NCBI GenBank assembly: GCA_050246115.1
Contig: JBFWWP010000023.1
Coordinates: 24,278 to 88,277, forward strand
Source of the DNA: Planctomycetota bacterium
GTDB taxonomy: Bacteria > Planctomycetota > UBA8108 > UBA1146 > JAJFFE01
DNA: 64,000 nt
Direction: 5' to 3'
A model generated the notes under the pieces. The model saw nothing but the letters and a program-made list of their open reading frames with translations, did not search any database and had not been told where the DNA came from. Positions 1-8,744 of the stretch are shown here, in pieces (positions within the stretch are counted from its first letter, which is position 1; the number at the start of each line of letters is the position of its first letter). The translations under genes were made by a program, and so were the position numbers.

Positions 1-2207
1 CTGCGGCTCCGACTTACCTCGCTAGTCTCTCCGTGCGCGTGTTCACGATCCGAGCCGACGGCACCGAGGAGGAGATCGACGCGAGCACCGATGAGAACGG
101 TCGTCTGGCGATCGATCTCGGGGAGCGCCCTCTCGGGGCGAGTGTGAAGCTGGTCGCCAAGTCCGGGAATCAAGGCTATCTCGCGCTCCCGCTGGACGTG
201 GGGACGCCACCCCCCGCGACGATCTCGATGTTCCAGATCACCACCGAACCCGCGGGCCTGGAGCAAGGCGTCATGCGCATCGTGACCGCGCAGGTCGCGG
301 ATTCCGCGGGGGGCGGGGCGAGCGCGGAAGTCGTTCACGTCCGCCAGATCCTCTCGGTCGGCGATAAAGGCCACCGGGTCTACCTCGGATCGGGCGACGC
401 GGTGGTGACCGTCGTGTTTCCGGTGCCGGCGGGAGCCGACTTGGTGTCGCTCGAGATCAACGGGCGAGCCCCGCCGCGATTGGACCTCGTCGACGTCTCG
501 GGGTGGGGGCGAGGCTGGGGCTACACGGGTCCGGTCTATCCCGAGACGCGCATGATCGGCACCTACACGATGGCGGTGGCGCCCGGCGAGGAGGTCGACC
601 TTGGGCTCGGTGCGCCGATTCCCACGGCGAGCATGGTGTTGGCGGTCGAGTCGGGACGCTTCCAGTTTCTCCCGGAGAGTTCCGATCGAGACCCGCCTCT
701 GGTCAGCGGCGGCAAGCCGATCTCGCTCCCCAGGGTCAAGCAAGTGTGCGAGCCATGGCAAGCCATGGGTTTGCCCGCAGGCCGGAGCGTGCGCTACTCG
801 ATGCGGTTCCTGCCGCCGGGCGCTCCCGCTCCTGCAGGCGCCGGGTCGCCGCACGCCGCTCACCCCGGCGCGCACGGGGCCGAGGACACCGGTCCACCCG
901 CGGGCCAGCCGGTTCCTTTCTTGCTCCACGCCACGCTCTACGATGGCACGCTCTATTATCGAACCAGCTCGTCTTCACCCCACGGCGGTGGAGCGAGCGG
1001 CGGTGAAGTGCGGCCGCTTGCGGGGGCGCGCGTGGAGGTGGAGACCGTCACCGGCGATGGCACCCGAGAGCGGTTCGAAACGAGTGCCGACGAGCACGGC
1101 ACGATTCGACTCGACCTCGGAACGCGGCCAGCGCGCAGTCCGGTGTCTGTCGTTGCGAGCGTCGGCTCGACGGAGTACCAATTGTTCCCGGTGCTGCGGG
1201 TGGGCGTTCGCTACGCGCCACAACAGTTGTGCTTCCAGCGGACCCGTGCCACCGAACCCTGGGTGCAGGATGTGTTTCGCGTCGTCACCGAGCAGGTGGG
1301 CGTCGCCGGCGCAGAACCCTTCGTCCACGTTCGGCAGATCCAACGCTTGCGCAATCCCGCGTACGAGGTGATCCCGGCCACGCCAGCGGGACAGATTGCG
1401 CCGCTCTTCTTCCCGATGCCCGCTGGGGCGGAACTGTTGTCGCTCGAGGTCGACGGCGAAGCGATCGCCTCGCCGGCGCCACAGGCGGATTCGCGCTGGG
1501 GTCATGGAGTGCCGCTGTCGGTAGTGATCGGCCCGGAAGCCGCGGTCATGGGCACCTATCGTCTGCCGCTGACGAACGGGCCGCTCACCGACCTCGGGCT
1601 CGTGGCACCGGTGCACACCGAATCGTTGGTCTTGGCGCTCGAGGAGGCCCGCTTTCAGTACGAGGAGGACCCGACCGGCGTGCGCTTTCGCGACGGCGGA
1701 GTGGCGCAAGCTCCGGGGGTGAGCAAATCGTGCCGACAGTGGCTGCTCCGCGGCCTCGAGCCGGCAACGAAGGTGGCGGCCATGGTGCGCTACGGGCGCC
1801 CGCCGGTGAAGCTGCGCACGATCCTGATCACTTTGTTGATCGTTGCACTCGGCGGCGGCGGGCTGGTGCTCGGTCGTACGCTGTCGGTCAAGACCCGCGC
1901 GGCGGAGGAGATGGCGGCGGAGCGAGTCCTCGCTGAACTCGAGGCCGTGGAGCTGCGCTTTGCGCAGGGGGAGTTGACGCGCGCGGAGTTCGAAGCCGAG
2001 CAGGCCCGCCTGGCCACCGCCGTGGCTCGATCTCGACCGGATCGTCAGATCCCGCTTCTGGACGATGGGACGCGCCAGGAACTGACCGCAGCGGCCCGCC
2101 GGAGCGACCGATCGCCGGCCCAAGCCGAGGCGGACCTGCGTCTGCTCGCGGACGCCGTGCAGCGCTATCTCCTCGGGGGGAGCGACGATGGGGGGGGCCG
2201 CCGGTGA
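1..2207 (+). CDS. Large membrane-anchored protein with two ~290-aa internal repeats and a CcmI-like/SHOCT-like C-terminal helix; probably 5'-truncated by the window
   Basis: Frame is open from position 3. Repeat pair RVFTIRADGTEEEIDASTDENGRLAIDLGERP / RVEVETVTGDGTRERFETSADEHGTIRLDLGTRP. C-terminal TM (TILITLLIVALGGGGLVLG) followed by LAELEAVELRFAQGELTRAEFEAEQARL. Stop overlaps ccmA start (GTGA). Confidence 0.7.
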   Translation, partial: AAPTYLASLSVRVFTIRADGTEEEIDASTDENGRLAIDLGERPLGASVKLVAKSGNQGYLALPLDVGTPPPATISMFQITTEPAGLEQGVMRIVTAQVADSAGGGASAEVVHVRQILSVGDKGHRVYLGSGDAVVTVVFPVPAGADLVSLEINGRAPPRLDLVDVSGWGRGWGYTGPVYPETRMIGTYTMAVAPGEEVDLGLGAPIPTASMVLAVESGRFQFLPESSDRDPPLVSGGKPISLPRVKQVCEPWQAMGLPAGRSVRYSMRFLPPGAPAPAGAGSPHAAHPGAHGAEDTGPPAGQPVPFLLHATLYDGTLYYRTSSSSPHGGGASGGEVRPLAGARVEVETVTGDGTRERFETSADEHGTIRLDLGTRPARSPVSVVASVGSTEYQLFPVLRVGVRYAPQQLCFQRTRATEPWVQDVFRVVTEQVGVAGAEPFVHVRQIQRLRNPAYEVIPATPAGQIAPLFFPMPAGAELLSLEVDGEAIASPAPQADSRWGHGVPLSVVIGPEAAVMGTYRLPLTNGPLTDLGLVAPVHTESLVLALEEARFQYEEDPTGVRFRDGGVAQAPGVSKSCRQWLLRGLEPATKVAAMVRYGRPPVKLRTILITLLIVALGGGGLVLGRTLSVKTRAAEEMAAERVLAELEAVELRFAQGELTRAEFEAEQARLATAVARSRPDRQIPLLDDGTRQELTAAARRSDRSPAQAEADLRLLADAVQRYLLGGSDDGGGRR

Positions 2208-2908
2208 CGGGTGCGGAAGCTCCCGCGGTCTCGTTGCGCGCGCTCGCGAAACACTATGGCGATCGCCAGGCCCTGCGCTCCGTGGACCTCGAGATTCCGC
2301 GCGGCCGTTGCTTCGGGTTACTCGGGTCGAACGGCTCGGGCAAGACCACGCTGCTCAAGATCGTGGCCGGTCTCACCCGCGCGACGAGCGGAGTCGTCGC
2401 CGTCGCCGGGCACGAGTTCCCTCGCGCTGCCACCGCCGCGCGTCGCGCCTTGGGGGTGCTCTTCGATCAGCCTCTTCTCCCCGGCGACTTCACGCTCGCG
2501 GAGGCGCTGCGCTACACTGCGGACCTCTACCAGGTATCGCCGACCAGTGAGCGCGCCAAGTCGCTCGTGGAGCGAGCGGGTTTGGAGTGGCGCGTGCGCG
2601 ACCCGGTGCGCACGTTCTCACGCGGTCTGACCCAGCGCGTGAGTTTGATCTGCGCCCTCCTCCACGACCCGGAGGTGCTCTTGTTGGACGAGCCGTTCGT
2701 GGGGCTCGACCCGCGCGGGTGTCGCTGGGTAGAGGAGATGATCGGTGAGCAGATCGAGCGCGGCAAGACCGTCGTGCTCGTCACCCACGAACTCGCGCGA
2801 GTCGAGCGCCTGTGCCCGGAACTCGCCGTGCTCCAGCGGGGCGAGTTGGTCTTTCGCAGTGCGAGCCGAGGCTGGGCGGTCGCCGACGTGCAGGCGGTGT
2901 ACGGGTGA
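2204..2908 (+). CDS. ccmA: Heme exporter ABC ATPase CcmA
   Basis: Walker A GSNGSGKTT, signature FSRGLTQR, Walker B LLLDEP, H-loop VTHE; directly upstream of ccmB/ccmC. Confidence 0.85.
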   Translation: MTGAEAPAVSLRALAKHYGDRQALRSVDLEIPRGRCFGLLGSNGSGKTTLLKIVAGLTRATSGVVAVAGHEFPRAATAARRALGVLFDQPLLPGDFTLAEALRYTADLYQVSPTSERAKSLVERAGLEWRVRDPVRTFSRGLTQRVSLICALLHDPEVLLLDEPFVGLDPRGCRWVEEMIGEQIERGKTVVLVTHELARVERLCPELAVLQRGELVFRSASRGWAVADVQAVYG

Positions 2909-3585
2909 GCGCCGTGCGGACCTATCTCGACCTCGTCAAGTGGGACTGGGTGCGCGAGATGAAGCGCAAGGACACCCTGATCTCGATGGTGCTGTTCAGC
3001 GCCGTGGCCCTGATGATCTTCTCCTTCGCGATTCCGCCCGAGTCACAGGTCGGTGTGGCCGCGCGCGCCGGACTCCTGTGGGTCACGCTGCTCCTGGCCG
3101 GCACCATCGGCATCGATCGGGCCTTTCGCGGGGAGGGCCAGTCCCGGACTCTCATCGGTCTGTTGGTGGCGCCCGTGGGGCGTGTCACTTTCTACTATGC
3201 CCGGCTGACTTCGACGATCCTTCTGGTGGCCATCATGGCGCTGGTGGTGCTGGTTGCCTTCTGTCTGCTCTACAACGTCAGTTTGGACGGCTGGCAGATG
3301 CTCGGGCTCGCGGTTACCGTGCTGGGGGGCATGATCGGTTTTGCGGCCGCGGGCCTGACGCTGAGCGCCATGACGCGCGTGATCCACGGTGGCGAGGTCT
3401 TACTGCGGATCTTGCTGTTTCCGTTGTTGATCCCGCTCTTTCTGGCGTCGGTTCAGCTGACCGACCGCTTGTTCGATGGGCGCGAGATCAAGATCCAGTC
3501 CGTCGTCATGATCGTGGCTTTCGACATCATCTACACTTGCGCAGGGCAAATCCTGTTCGAAGTGGTCATGCGCGACGTCGATTGA
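2905..3585 (+). CDS. ccmB: Heme exporter permease CcmB
   Basis: Six hydrophobic helices, GLLWV, RAFRGE...LIGLLVAP, EVLLRILLFPLLIP; GTG start at 2905 overlaps ccmA stop. Confidence 0.9.
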   Translation: MSAVRTYLDLVKWDWVREMKRKDTLISMVLFSAVALMIFSFAIPPESQVGVAARAGLLWVTLLLAGTIGIDRAFRGEGQSRTLIGLLVAPVGRVTFYYARLTSTILLVAIMALVVLVAFCLLYNVSLDGWQMLGLAVTVLGGMIGFAAAGLTLSAMTRVIHGGEVLLRILLFPLLIPLFLASVQLTDRLFDGREIKIQSVVMIVAFDIIYTCAGQILFEVVMRDVD

Positions 3586-3675
3586 GTCGTTCGTCGATGG
3601 AGTCCTTCATCGGTGGCGTCCTTCGACGAGTGCGGTCCCAGCGAGGCGCGATCGAATCTCGGAAACGGAGAGTGA

Positions 3676-4416
3676 ATGACCGATCCCGCGACGTTTTCCC
3701 GGGCACCGAACCCGGTCCGACCGACTGCCACGTTCTCGTTGCACGCAGCGGTGGCCTTGTCGGCACTCCTGGTCTTCAACTACTTCATCGCCGTGAAGGT
3801 CCCGATTGCTGTCCAAGGGATCGAGTCGTCCTACCTGATCTTCTTCTATCACTTCCCGTCGGCCTTCCTCATGTTCCTGTTCTTCACCGGTGTCTGCGTG
3901 TGCAGCATTGCGTATCTCGTGACGGGGCGCGAATCGTGGGACCGGCATGCGCGCGTCGCCGGAGAGATCGGACTCCTCGGGTGCACCATCACGGTGGTCA
4001 CCGGCTCGATCTGGGCTTCGATGGCTTGGAACATCTGGTGGGACTTCAAGGACAAGCGGCTCATGTTCGCGGCGATCATGTGGCTCACCTACGCGGGGTA
4101 CGTCGTGTTGCAGACGCAGATGCAGCCCGGTGAACAGCGGCGGCGTTATGCCGCAGTGTTCGGGATCTTGGCGTTCATCAACGTACCGCTCGTCAAGTAT
4201 GCCATCGCTTGGTTCGGGCAAGTCAGCCACCCGCTCCAGTTCCAGGACATGAGCTCGGACCCCTGGATACGCGGCACCCGGTGGTTCGGGGTCGTGGCAT
4301 TCCTGATTCTTTACACCCTGATCTATCGCTGGCGGCACAGCAAGGAGCTGACGAGGAATCAGTTCGATGCACTCCTCAGCGACATGCGACGTATCGAGGA
4401 AGGAGCGGCGTCATGA
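3676..4416 (+). CDS. ccmC: Heme-handling membrane protein CcmC
   Basis: Trp-rich motif TGSIWASMAWNIWWDFKDKRL with flanking His (YHFP, SHP); operon position after ccmB. Confidence 0.88.
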   Translation: MTDPATFSRAPNPVRPTATFSLHAAVALSALLVFNYFIAVKVPIAVQGIESSYLIFFYHFPSAFLMFLFFTGVCVCSIAYLVTGRESWDRHARVAGEIGLLGCTITVVTGSIWASMAWNIWWDFKDKRLMFAAIMWLTYAGYVVLQTQMQPGEQRRRYAAVFGILAFINVPLVKYAIAWFGQVSHPLQFQDMSSDPWIRGTRWFGVVAFLILYTLIYRWRHSKELTRNQFDALLSDMRRIEEGAAS

Positions 4417-4769
4417 CTCGCACGGAGCCTCGTGGGGAGCGGTGTCCGAAGAGCGCGGCCGGCCGTGGGTTGCTCTTGGCTTGGTTCGTGGTCGTGGCGG
4501 TGTGCGTGTCCGGCGTAGCCGTAGCGCAAGAGGACAACCCAGCGGGGGTACTACCGACGGCCGACGGCGCTGGCGCGAACCCCGCGACCGCGAAGGAGCC
4601 GGTCACGAGGGTCAGCCAGGACTTCCGCGCGCGGATCATGCTGGGCTACTCTGCGGTCTTCATTTGTTTGATCGGCTATCTGGTCTACTCGCACCGACGA
4701 AACGCCGAGTTGGCGGCAGAGGCCGAGTTCATCAAGCAGCGGCTCGAGGGGTTGCGGGCGAAACACTGA
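4413..4769 (+). CDS. ccmD: CcmD-like protein with N-terminal signal-peptide-like extension
   Basis: ATGA overlap with ccmC stop; C-terminal GYSAVFICLIGYLVYSHRRNAEL + charged helix is the CcmD pattern. Confidence 0.65.
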   Translation: MTRTEPRGERCPKSAAGRGLLLAWFVVVAVCVSGVAVAQEDNPAGVLPTADGAGANPATAKEPVTRVSQDFRARIMLGYSAVFICLIGYLVYSHRRNAELAAEAEFIKQRLEGLRAKH

Positions 4770-4840
4770 CCGGGACGAGGCGACGAGACCCGCGTTCGCG
4801 TGTCCAACCGCCCTCGTCCCCGCAGCCGACTGCCCCGGGC

Positions 4841-4900
4841 GCCAGTTCCACGTGCGCCAGTTCCACGTGCGGCAGTGCCACGTGCGGCAGTGCCAGTGGC
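4841..4900. repeat. 15-bp tandem repeat, 4 copies
   Basis: gccagttccacgtgc x2, ggcagtgccacgtgc, ggcagtgccagtggc between convergent ccmD and trxA. Confidence 0.85.
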
Positions 4901-4946
4901 TCGCCCGTCCGCGCCCCGGGTGCAGTCCGTGATCGCCGTGTTTCCA

Positions 4947-5273
4947 TCAGCTCGTGATGGTCTGTACCTTCTGCTCGATCGTTCGCTTGGGATGCGCGCC
5001 GACGAGCTGATCGACGACTTTGCCGTCCTTGAAGAACAGCAGGGTCGGGACCCCTTGGATGCGGAAGCGAGTGGCTAGCTCTGGCGCGGTGTCGATGTCC
5101 ACCTTGCCGACTTTCAGGCCCTTGCCGGCATACTCCTTGGCGAGCTCGTCCACGAGCGGTGCGATGACTTTGCACGGTCCACACCACGTTGCGTAGAAGT
5201 CGACCAGCGCGGGACTCCCTGAGTCCACGACTAGCGTCTCGAAGTTGTCGTTGTCGATGGTCACTACGGACAT
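4947..5273 (-). CDS. trxA: Thioredoxin
   Basis: VDFYATWCGPCK active site, GVPTLLFFKDG; ATG at 5273 with GGAAAGGA RBS; 108 aa. Confidence 0.95.
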   Translation of the reverse strand: MSVVTIDNDNFETLVVDSGSPALVDFYATWCGPCKVIAPLVDELAKEYAGKGLKVGKVDIDTAPELATRFRIQGVPTLLFFKDGKVVDQLVGAHPKRTIEQKVQTITS

Positions 5274-5302
5274 TTCTGTTCCTTTCCGGCCGGGGTCGCC
5301 GG

Positions 5303-5510
5303 CGATGGTGACTCCACCGCCCTGCATAGCATACCCAGCCCAGCGTCCACGATCCTGCTCGCCTCTTCTTCGCCGCCCTGCGCACGGGCGCGGCGCATAC
5401 TCAGGGAGCCCACGTCCTGTCGCACCCCGGCGCGCCTGGGATCGCGGACCGCTTGTCCGCATCCGCCTGGCGCCAAGGACCCTCCTCGTACCCCCCCGGG
5501 CCCTACGCCC
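5303..5510. repeat. Bipartite intergenic repeat, copy 1 (block A inverted + block B)
   Basis: Reverse complement of 5303-5386 aligns gaplessly to 26801-26884 (65/84 by hand count); 5395-5510 aligns on the same strand to 26889-27002. Confidence 0.75.
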
Positions 5511-5826
5511 GACCCACACCGTGGCCCCGGTAAAGCCGCACCCACTTCACCACGAACCCTCGCCGTCGGCCGGTAACGCCTTCGGCTGCGGTCCGCTCTT
5601 CGTTCCCTCATCTTCGGCTGCTCGGACGGCGTTCGCCACTCGCGCGGCGAGAGGGAAGACGCTCTTCCCGCGTCGAACGTTCCCCGTCGCGCAGTTCCTG
5701 GGGACGTCGTTCGCGCCTCGCCCCCGTCCTTCCTCGGCGGGCTCGCTCTGGGCTGGGTAGGGGCGTATGGTAGCTGGGCGCGCGGCGAGGTCGAGCCCGA
5801 AACGCGATCCCGATCGAAAGGCGACC

Positions 5827-6735
5827 ATGTCAACGAATTCGCGGGTGCCGGAACCGTTCTCATTGGACTTGGGCCCTTGGCGCCTCGACGCGTTCGAGTG
5901 CGGGCGGCTGGCGTTGGACGGAGGCTCGATGTTCGGCTCGGTGCCCCGAGTCCTTTGGGAACGCCGCATTGCCCCAGACAGCTCGCACCGAATTCCGCTC
6001 GCCATGCGATTGTTGCTCCTGCGTCAGCCGGCAGCCGGTCATGTCGTTCTGGTCGACACCGGTATCGGCGATAAGTTCGATGCGCGCTTCGCCGACGTGT
6101 TCGCGGTCGTCAACCCCGACCGGGCTGCGGGCCGGTTGCCGCTCGACGTTGCGCTCGCGCCCTATGGCGTGACTCGCAGTCAAGTGACCCATGTGCTGTT
6201 GACGCACCTGCACTTCGACCACGGCGGAGGCGTTTCGTACCGTGCCGCGGACGGACGGCTGGAGTTGACGTTTCCTCACGCCGAGCATTTCCTCCAGCGC
6301 GCGAACTTCGATACTGCCAGCCATCCGAACGAGCGCGAGCGCGCCTCCTACCTGAGCGACAACGTCGAGCCGTTGCGCGAGGGGCGACTCACCCTGCTCG
6401 ACGGTCCGGCGGAGCTGTTTCCCGGGCTAACCGTCGCGCCGTCCGACGGGCACACGCTGGGCCTGCAGACCGTGAGGATCGAAGGCGGTGGCGATGTTGC
6501 CTACTACCTGGCGGATCTCGCGCCGACGCAGCATCACCTGCATCTGCCGTTCATGATGGGCTACGACCTCTGTGCGCGCAAACTGCTCGAGGAGAAGCGC
6601 GGACTGTTCACGCGCGCGGTGGACGAGCAAGCGACCGTGATCTTCGAGCACGATCCCCACGTTGCGGCGGGTCGCGTTCGGCAGGAACAGGGACGCTTCG
6701 CCCTCGAGCCACTCCTCGACAGTGGGTCGAGGTGA
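5827..6735 (+). CDS. Metallo-beta-lactamase-fold hydrolase (YtnP/quorum-quenching lactonase-like)
   Basis: LDGGSMFGSVP, LVDTGIG, THLHFDHGGG, GHT, ADL, FEHDP motifs. Confidence 0.9.
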   Translation: MSTNSRVPEPFSLDLGPWRLDAFECGRLALDGGSMFGSVPRVLWERRIAPDSSHRIPLAMRLLLLRQPAAGHVVLVDTGIGDKFDARFADVFAVVNPDRAAGRLPLDVALAPYGVTRSQVTHVLLTHLHFDHGGGVSYRAADGRLELTFPHAEHFLQRANFDTASHPNERERASYLSDNVEPLREGRLTLLDGPAELFPGLTVAPSDGHTLGLQTVRIEGGGDVAYYLADLAPTQHHLHLPFMMGYDLCARKLLEEKRGLFTRAVDEQATVIFEHDPHVAAGRVRQEQGRFALEPLLDSGSR

Positions 6736-6780
6736 ACGCCGCCCACTGCCGACAAACGACCGTACTTCGAGCGCGAGGGG

Positions 6781-7266
6781 CTACGGTTCGACTGCGGCCT
6801 GGCCAGCGTGGTACGTCGTGTAGATGTAGATCGGTAGCTTCAGGTCTCCGAGATGCTGCTTGACCAGGGGCGATACGTCGGACCAAGCGAGTCCCCCGAC
6901 ACCGGTAGCGAGGCGCGGCATGGCCAGGCTGTCGATTCCCTGAGTCTCGAGTTCGTGTCGCAGGCGCCGGAGGCAGTGATTCACGTTGGCCAGGGTCGCG
7001 CGGCCAGGCTTGCTGGATGGGGTATGATCGCCTTCCTGCGTCAACAGGTTGAAGATGCGCACTCCGCCGACGCCACCCCAGGTCCACAACTCGCCAGGCT
7101 TCGGGTGCGACTGGTGGCAGTAGTGACGGTAGTCGCGCGCCATCGAGGGCCACGCTTGGCGTAGTCCGAGAGCGAGCCCTTGGTCGAAGTGCTCATTGGG
7201 GGCAATGCCGTGGGCGATGCCCTTGGCCTTCGAGAGCAGCAGGTCGCCGGAGACTTCGTGGATCAT
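6781..7266 (-). CDS. Macro (Appr-1''-p processing) domain protein
   Basis: MIHEVSGDLL start, IFNLLTQ, SLAMPRLATGVGGLAW macro-domain motif; AAAGGA RBS. Confidence 0.88.
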   Translation of the reverse strand: MIHEVSGDLLLSKAKGIAHGIAPNEHFDQGLALGLRQAWPSMARDYRHYCHQSHPKPGELWTWGGVGGVRIFNLLTQEGDHTPSSKPGRATLANVNHCLRRLRHELETQGIDSLAMPRLATGVGGLAWSDVSPLVKQHLGDLKLPIYIYTTYHAGQAAVEP

Positions 7267-7541
7267 GAACAGGTCCTTTCGGCCGGCCCTTGCAAGAGCG
7301 AGTTGCGGGTCGGACGTCGTGAGTTGCCAACAGGCTCGCTCTTCGTGTCTTCGGGAAACCGCCGTGCGTGGTTCGCGGGATTGCGAACGGTCGGGAGGTC
7401 CACCGGCACCATGGCTCGATCCGCGACCGGTTCGACGCCAGCGCGATGACAGCTCGCAATCGGTGTGCCGGCGGCCAGCGCGCCTGCGGCCGCCGTGATT
7501 CTCCGGCCGGCTCTTTGGCGAGGCATGTGCGTGGGAGCTTA

Positions 7542-7720
7542 GGAGTCGTCCAAGAATAACTTCACCCTCGTGCTCGTCGCTTCGGGCCATCTTCGACCGA
7601 TCCGAAAACCTCGAAATCCTCACCGGAACTAAGGCTACGCCTCCGGTTCCGAGATTTCCGGATCGGCCGAATCTGACCCAAATCGACGGCAAGATGTCGA
7701 AGTTATTCTTGGGCGACTCC
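7542..7720. mobile_element. 179-bp MITE-like element, copy 1
   Basis: Terminal inverted repeats ggagtcgtccaagaataacttc...gaagttattcttgggcgactcc, flanked by TTA on both sides; near-identical copy at 18821-19000. Confidence 0.88.
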
Positions 7721-7752
7721 TTAGAGTCGATTCGAATCCAAGAGGGGGGACG

Positions 7753-8298
7753 ATGCCGATCTGGACTTTCGCGTGGGGGAGAACTGGGAGTGAGTGGGTG
7801 AGTGGCGCGCTGGTGATCCTCGGCCTGGTCGGGGCCTTCGGCTGCGCGGGTTCGGGCGACGACGCGAGTCGTCGTGATGCGGCCGACCCGCCGGCGATCG
7901 ACGCGCCGCGGGGTGAATCTGCGGTCGGGACTCGGACTCTGATGGCCACCGAGGTGCTGCCCAACTACCGCGCGCTACTCGCCGGGTTGTGCGACCCCGG
8001 GCCCCAAGGGGAGTCCGACTGGACCCGGCTGGCCGGGCATGCGCAGCGGCTGGAGCAACATTGTGGGGTATGGCTCGAGGGCTCGGCTCCGCTCCGGGAA
8101 CGGGCGCAGGAGAGCGGTGACCTGGATCCCACCTGGGAGTTGGCTGCGCTGGCGTTTCGACAAGGCAGCGCCGCCACCGTTCGGGGCCTGCACGCACACG
8201 ACCTGGCGGGTTCGCGATCGTCGTTCGAGGCTCTCAACGACACGTGCAGTTCGTGCCACCGCGAGTGCGAGGCAGCCTACATCCTGCCGTGGGAGTAG
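7753..8298 (+). CDS. Lipoprotein cytochrome c (class II, cytochrome c'-like)
   Basis: Lipobox-like GAFG-C after a hydrophobic stretch; C-terminal heme motif CSSCH following helical segments. Confidence 0.7.
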   Translation: MPIWTFAWGRTGSEWVSGALVILGLVGAFGCAGSGDDASRRDAADPPAIDAPRGESAVGTRTLMATEVLPNYRALLAGLCDPGPQGESDWTRLAGHAQRLEQHCGVWLEGSAPLRERAQESGDLDPTWELAALAFRQGSAATVRGLHAHDLAGSRSSFEALNDTCSSCHRECEAAYILPWE

Positions 8299-8429
8299 CG
8301 GCCGGGCACCGCACAGGGTTGTTCCTGGCTCATCCCGCCGCATGGACTCGGCGGCCACGTCGGTGAACCCGCCCTTGGGAATGGGTGGCGATCCCCGTGT
8401 CGACGCTGCGCCGACCGGTGAGGCCCCGA

Positions 8430-8458
8430 TTGACTGCCGCCAGAGGCAGGGATACCCT
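8430..8458 (+). promoter_or_regulatory. Putative sigma70 promoter of the cohesin-dockerin gene
   Basis: TTGACT-N17-TACCCT. Confidence 0.45.
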
Positions 8459-8744
8459 CTTCGTCGAAGGGGGCAGTCGTCTGCCGCCGTCTTCGTTTCC
8501 CTCAGGAAGCCAGCGCGCGAAGCGACGGCGGGGCTTTCGGTCACGCGGGAAAACGAAGCAGGGTCTCGACACCGGGTGATCTCACGACAAGCCGAACCAT
8601 GTGGGTGGGCGAACGCGCGGTTCCGTGCTGGAACCGAGTTCGATCCCCGCCACCGGAGGCGAGCCGGCACTCGCAATGGGGAATCCCCGGCTCAATCGTG
8701 CCAATTGCCCACGGCGGGCGTGGCACACGACAAGGGAGGAAAAG

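Noticed and set aside
8630-8660. tRNA suggested by gttcgatccc
   Set aside because: Flanks do not form a T-stem or cloverleaf; the same applies to ttcgaatcc at 7731.
8678-8688. Shared GGGGAATCCCC palindrome upstream of two dockerin genes (also 43256-43266)
   Set aside because: Only two short GC-rich matches chosen post hoc, at different positions relative to the promoters; could be chance.
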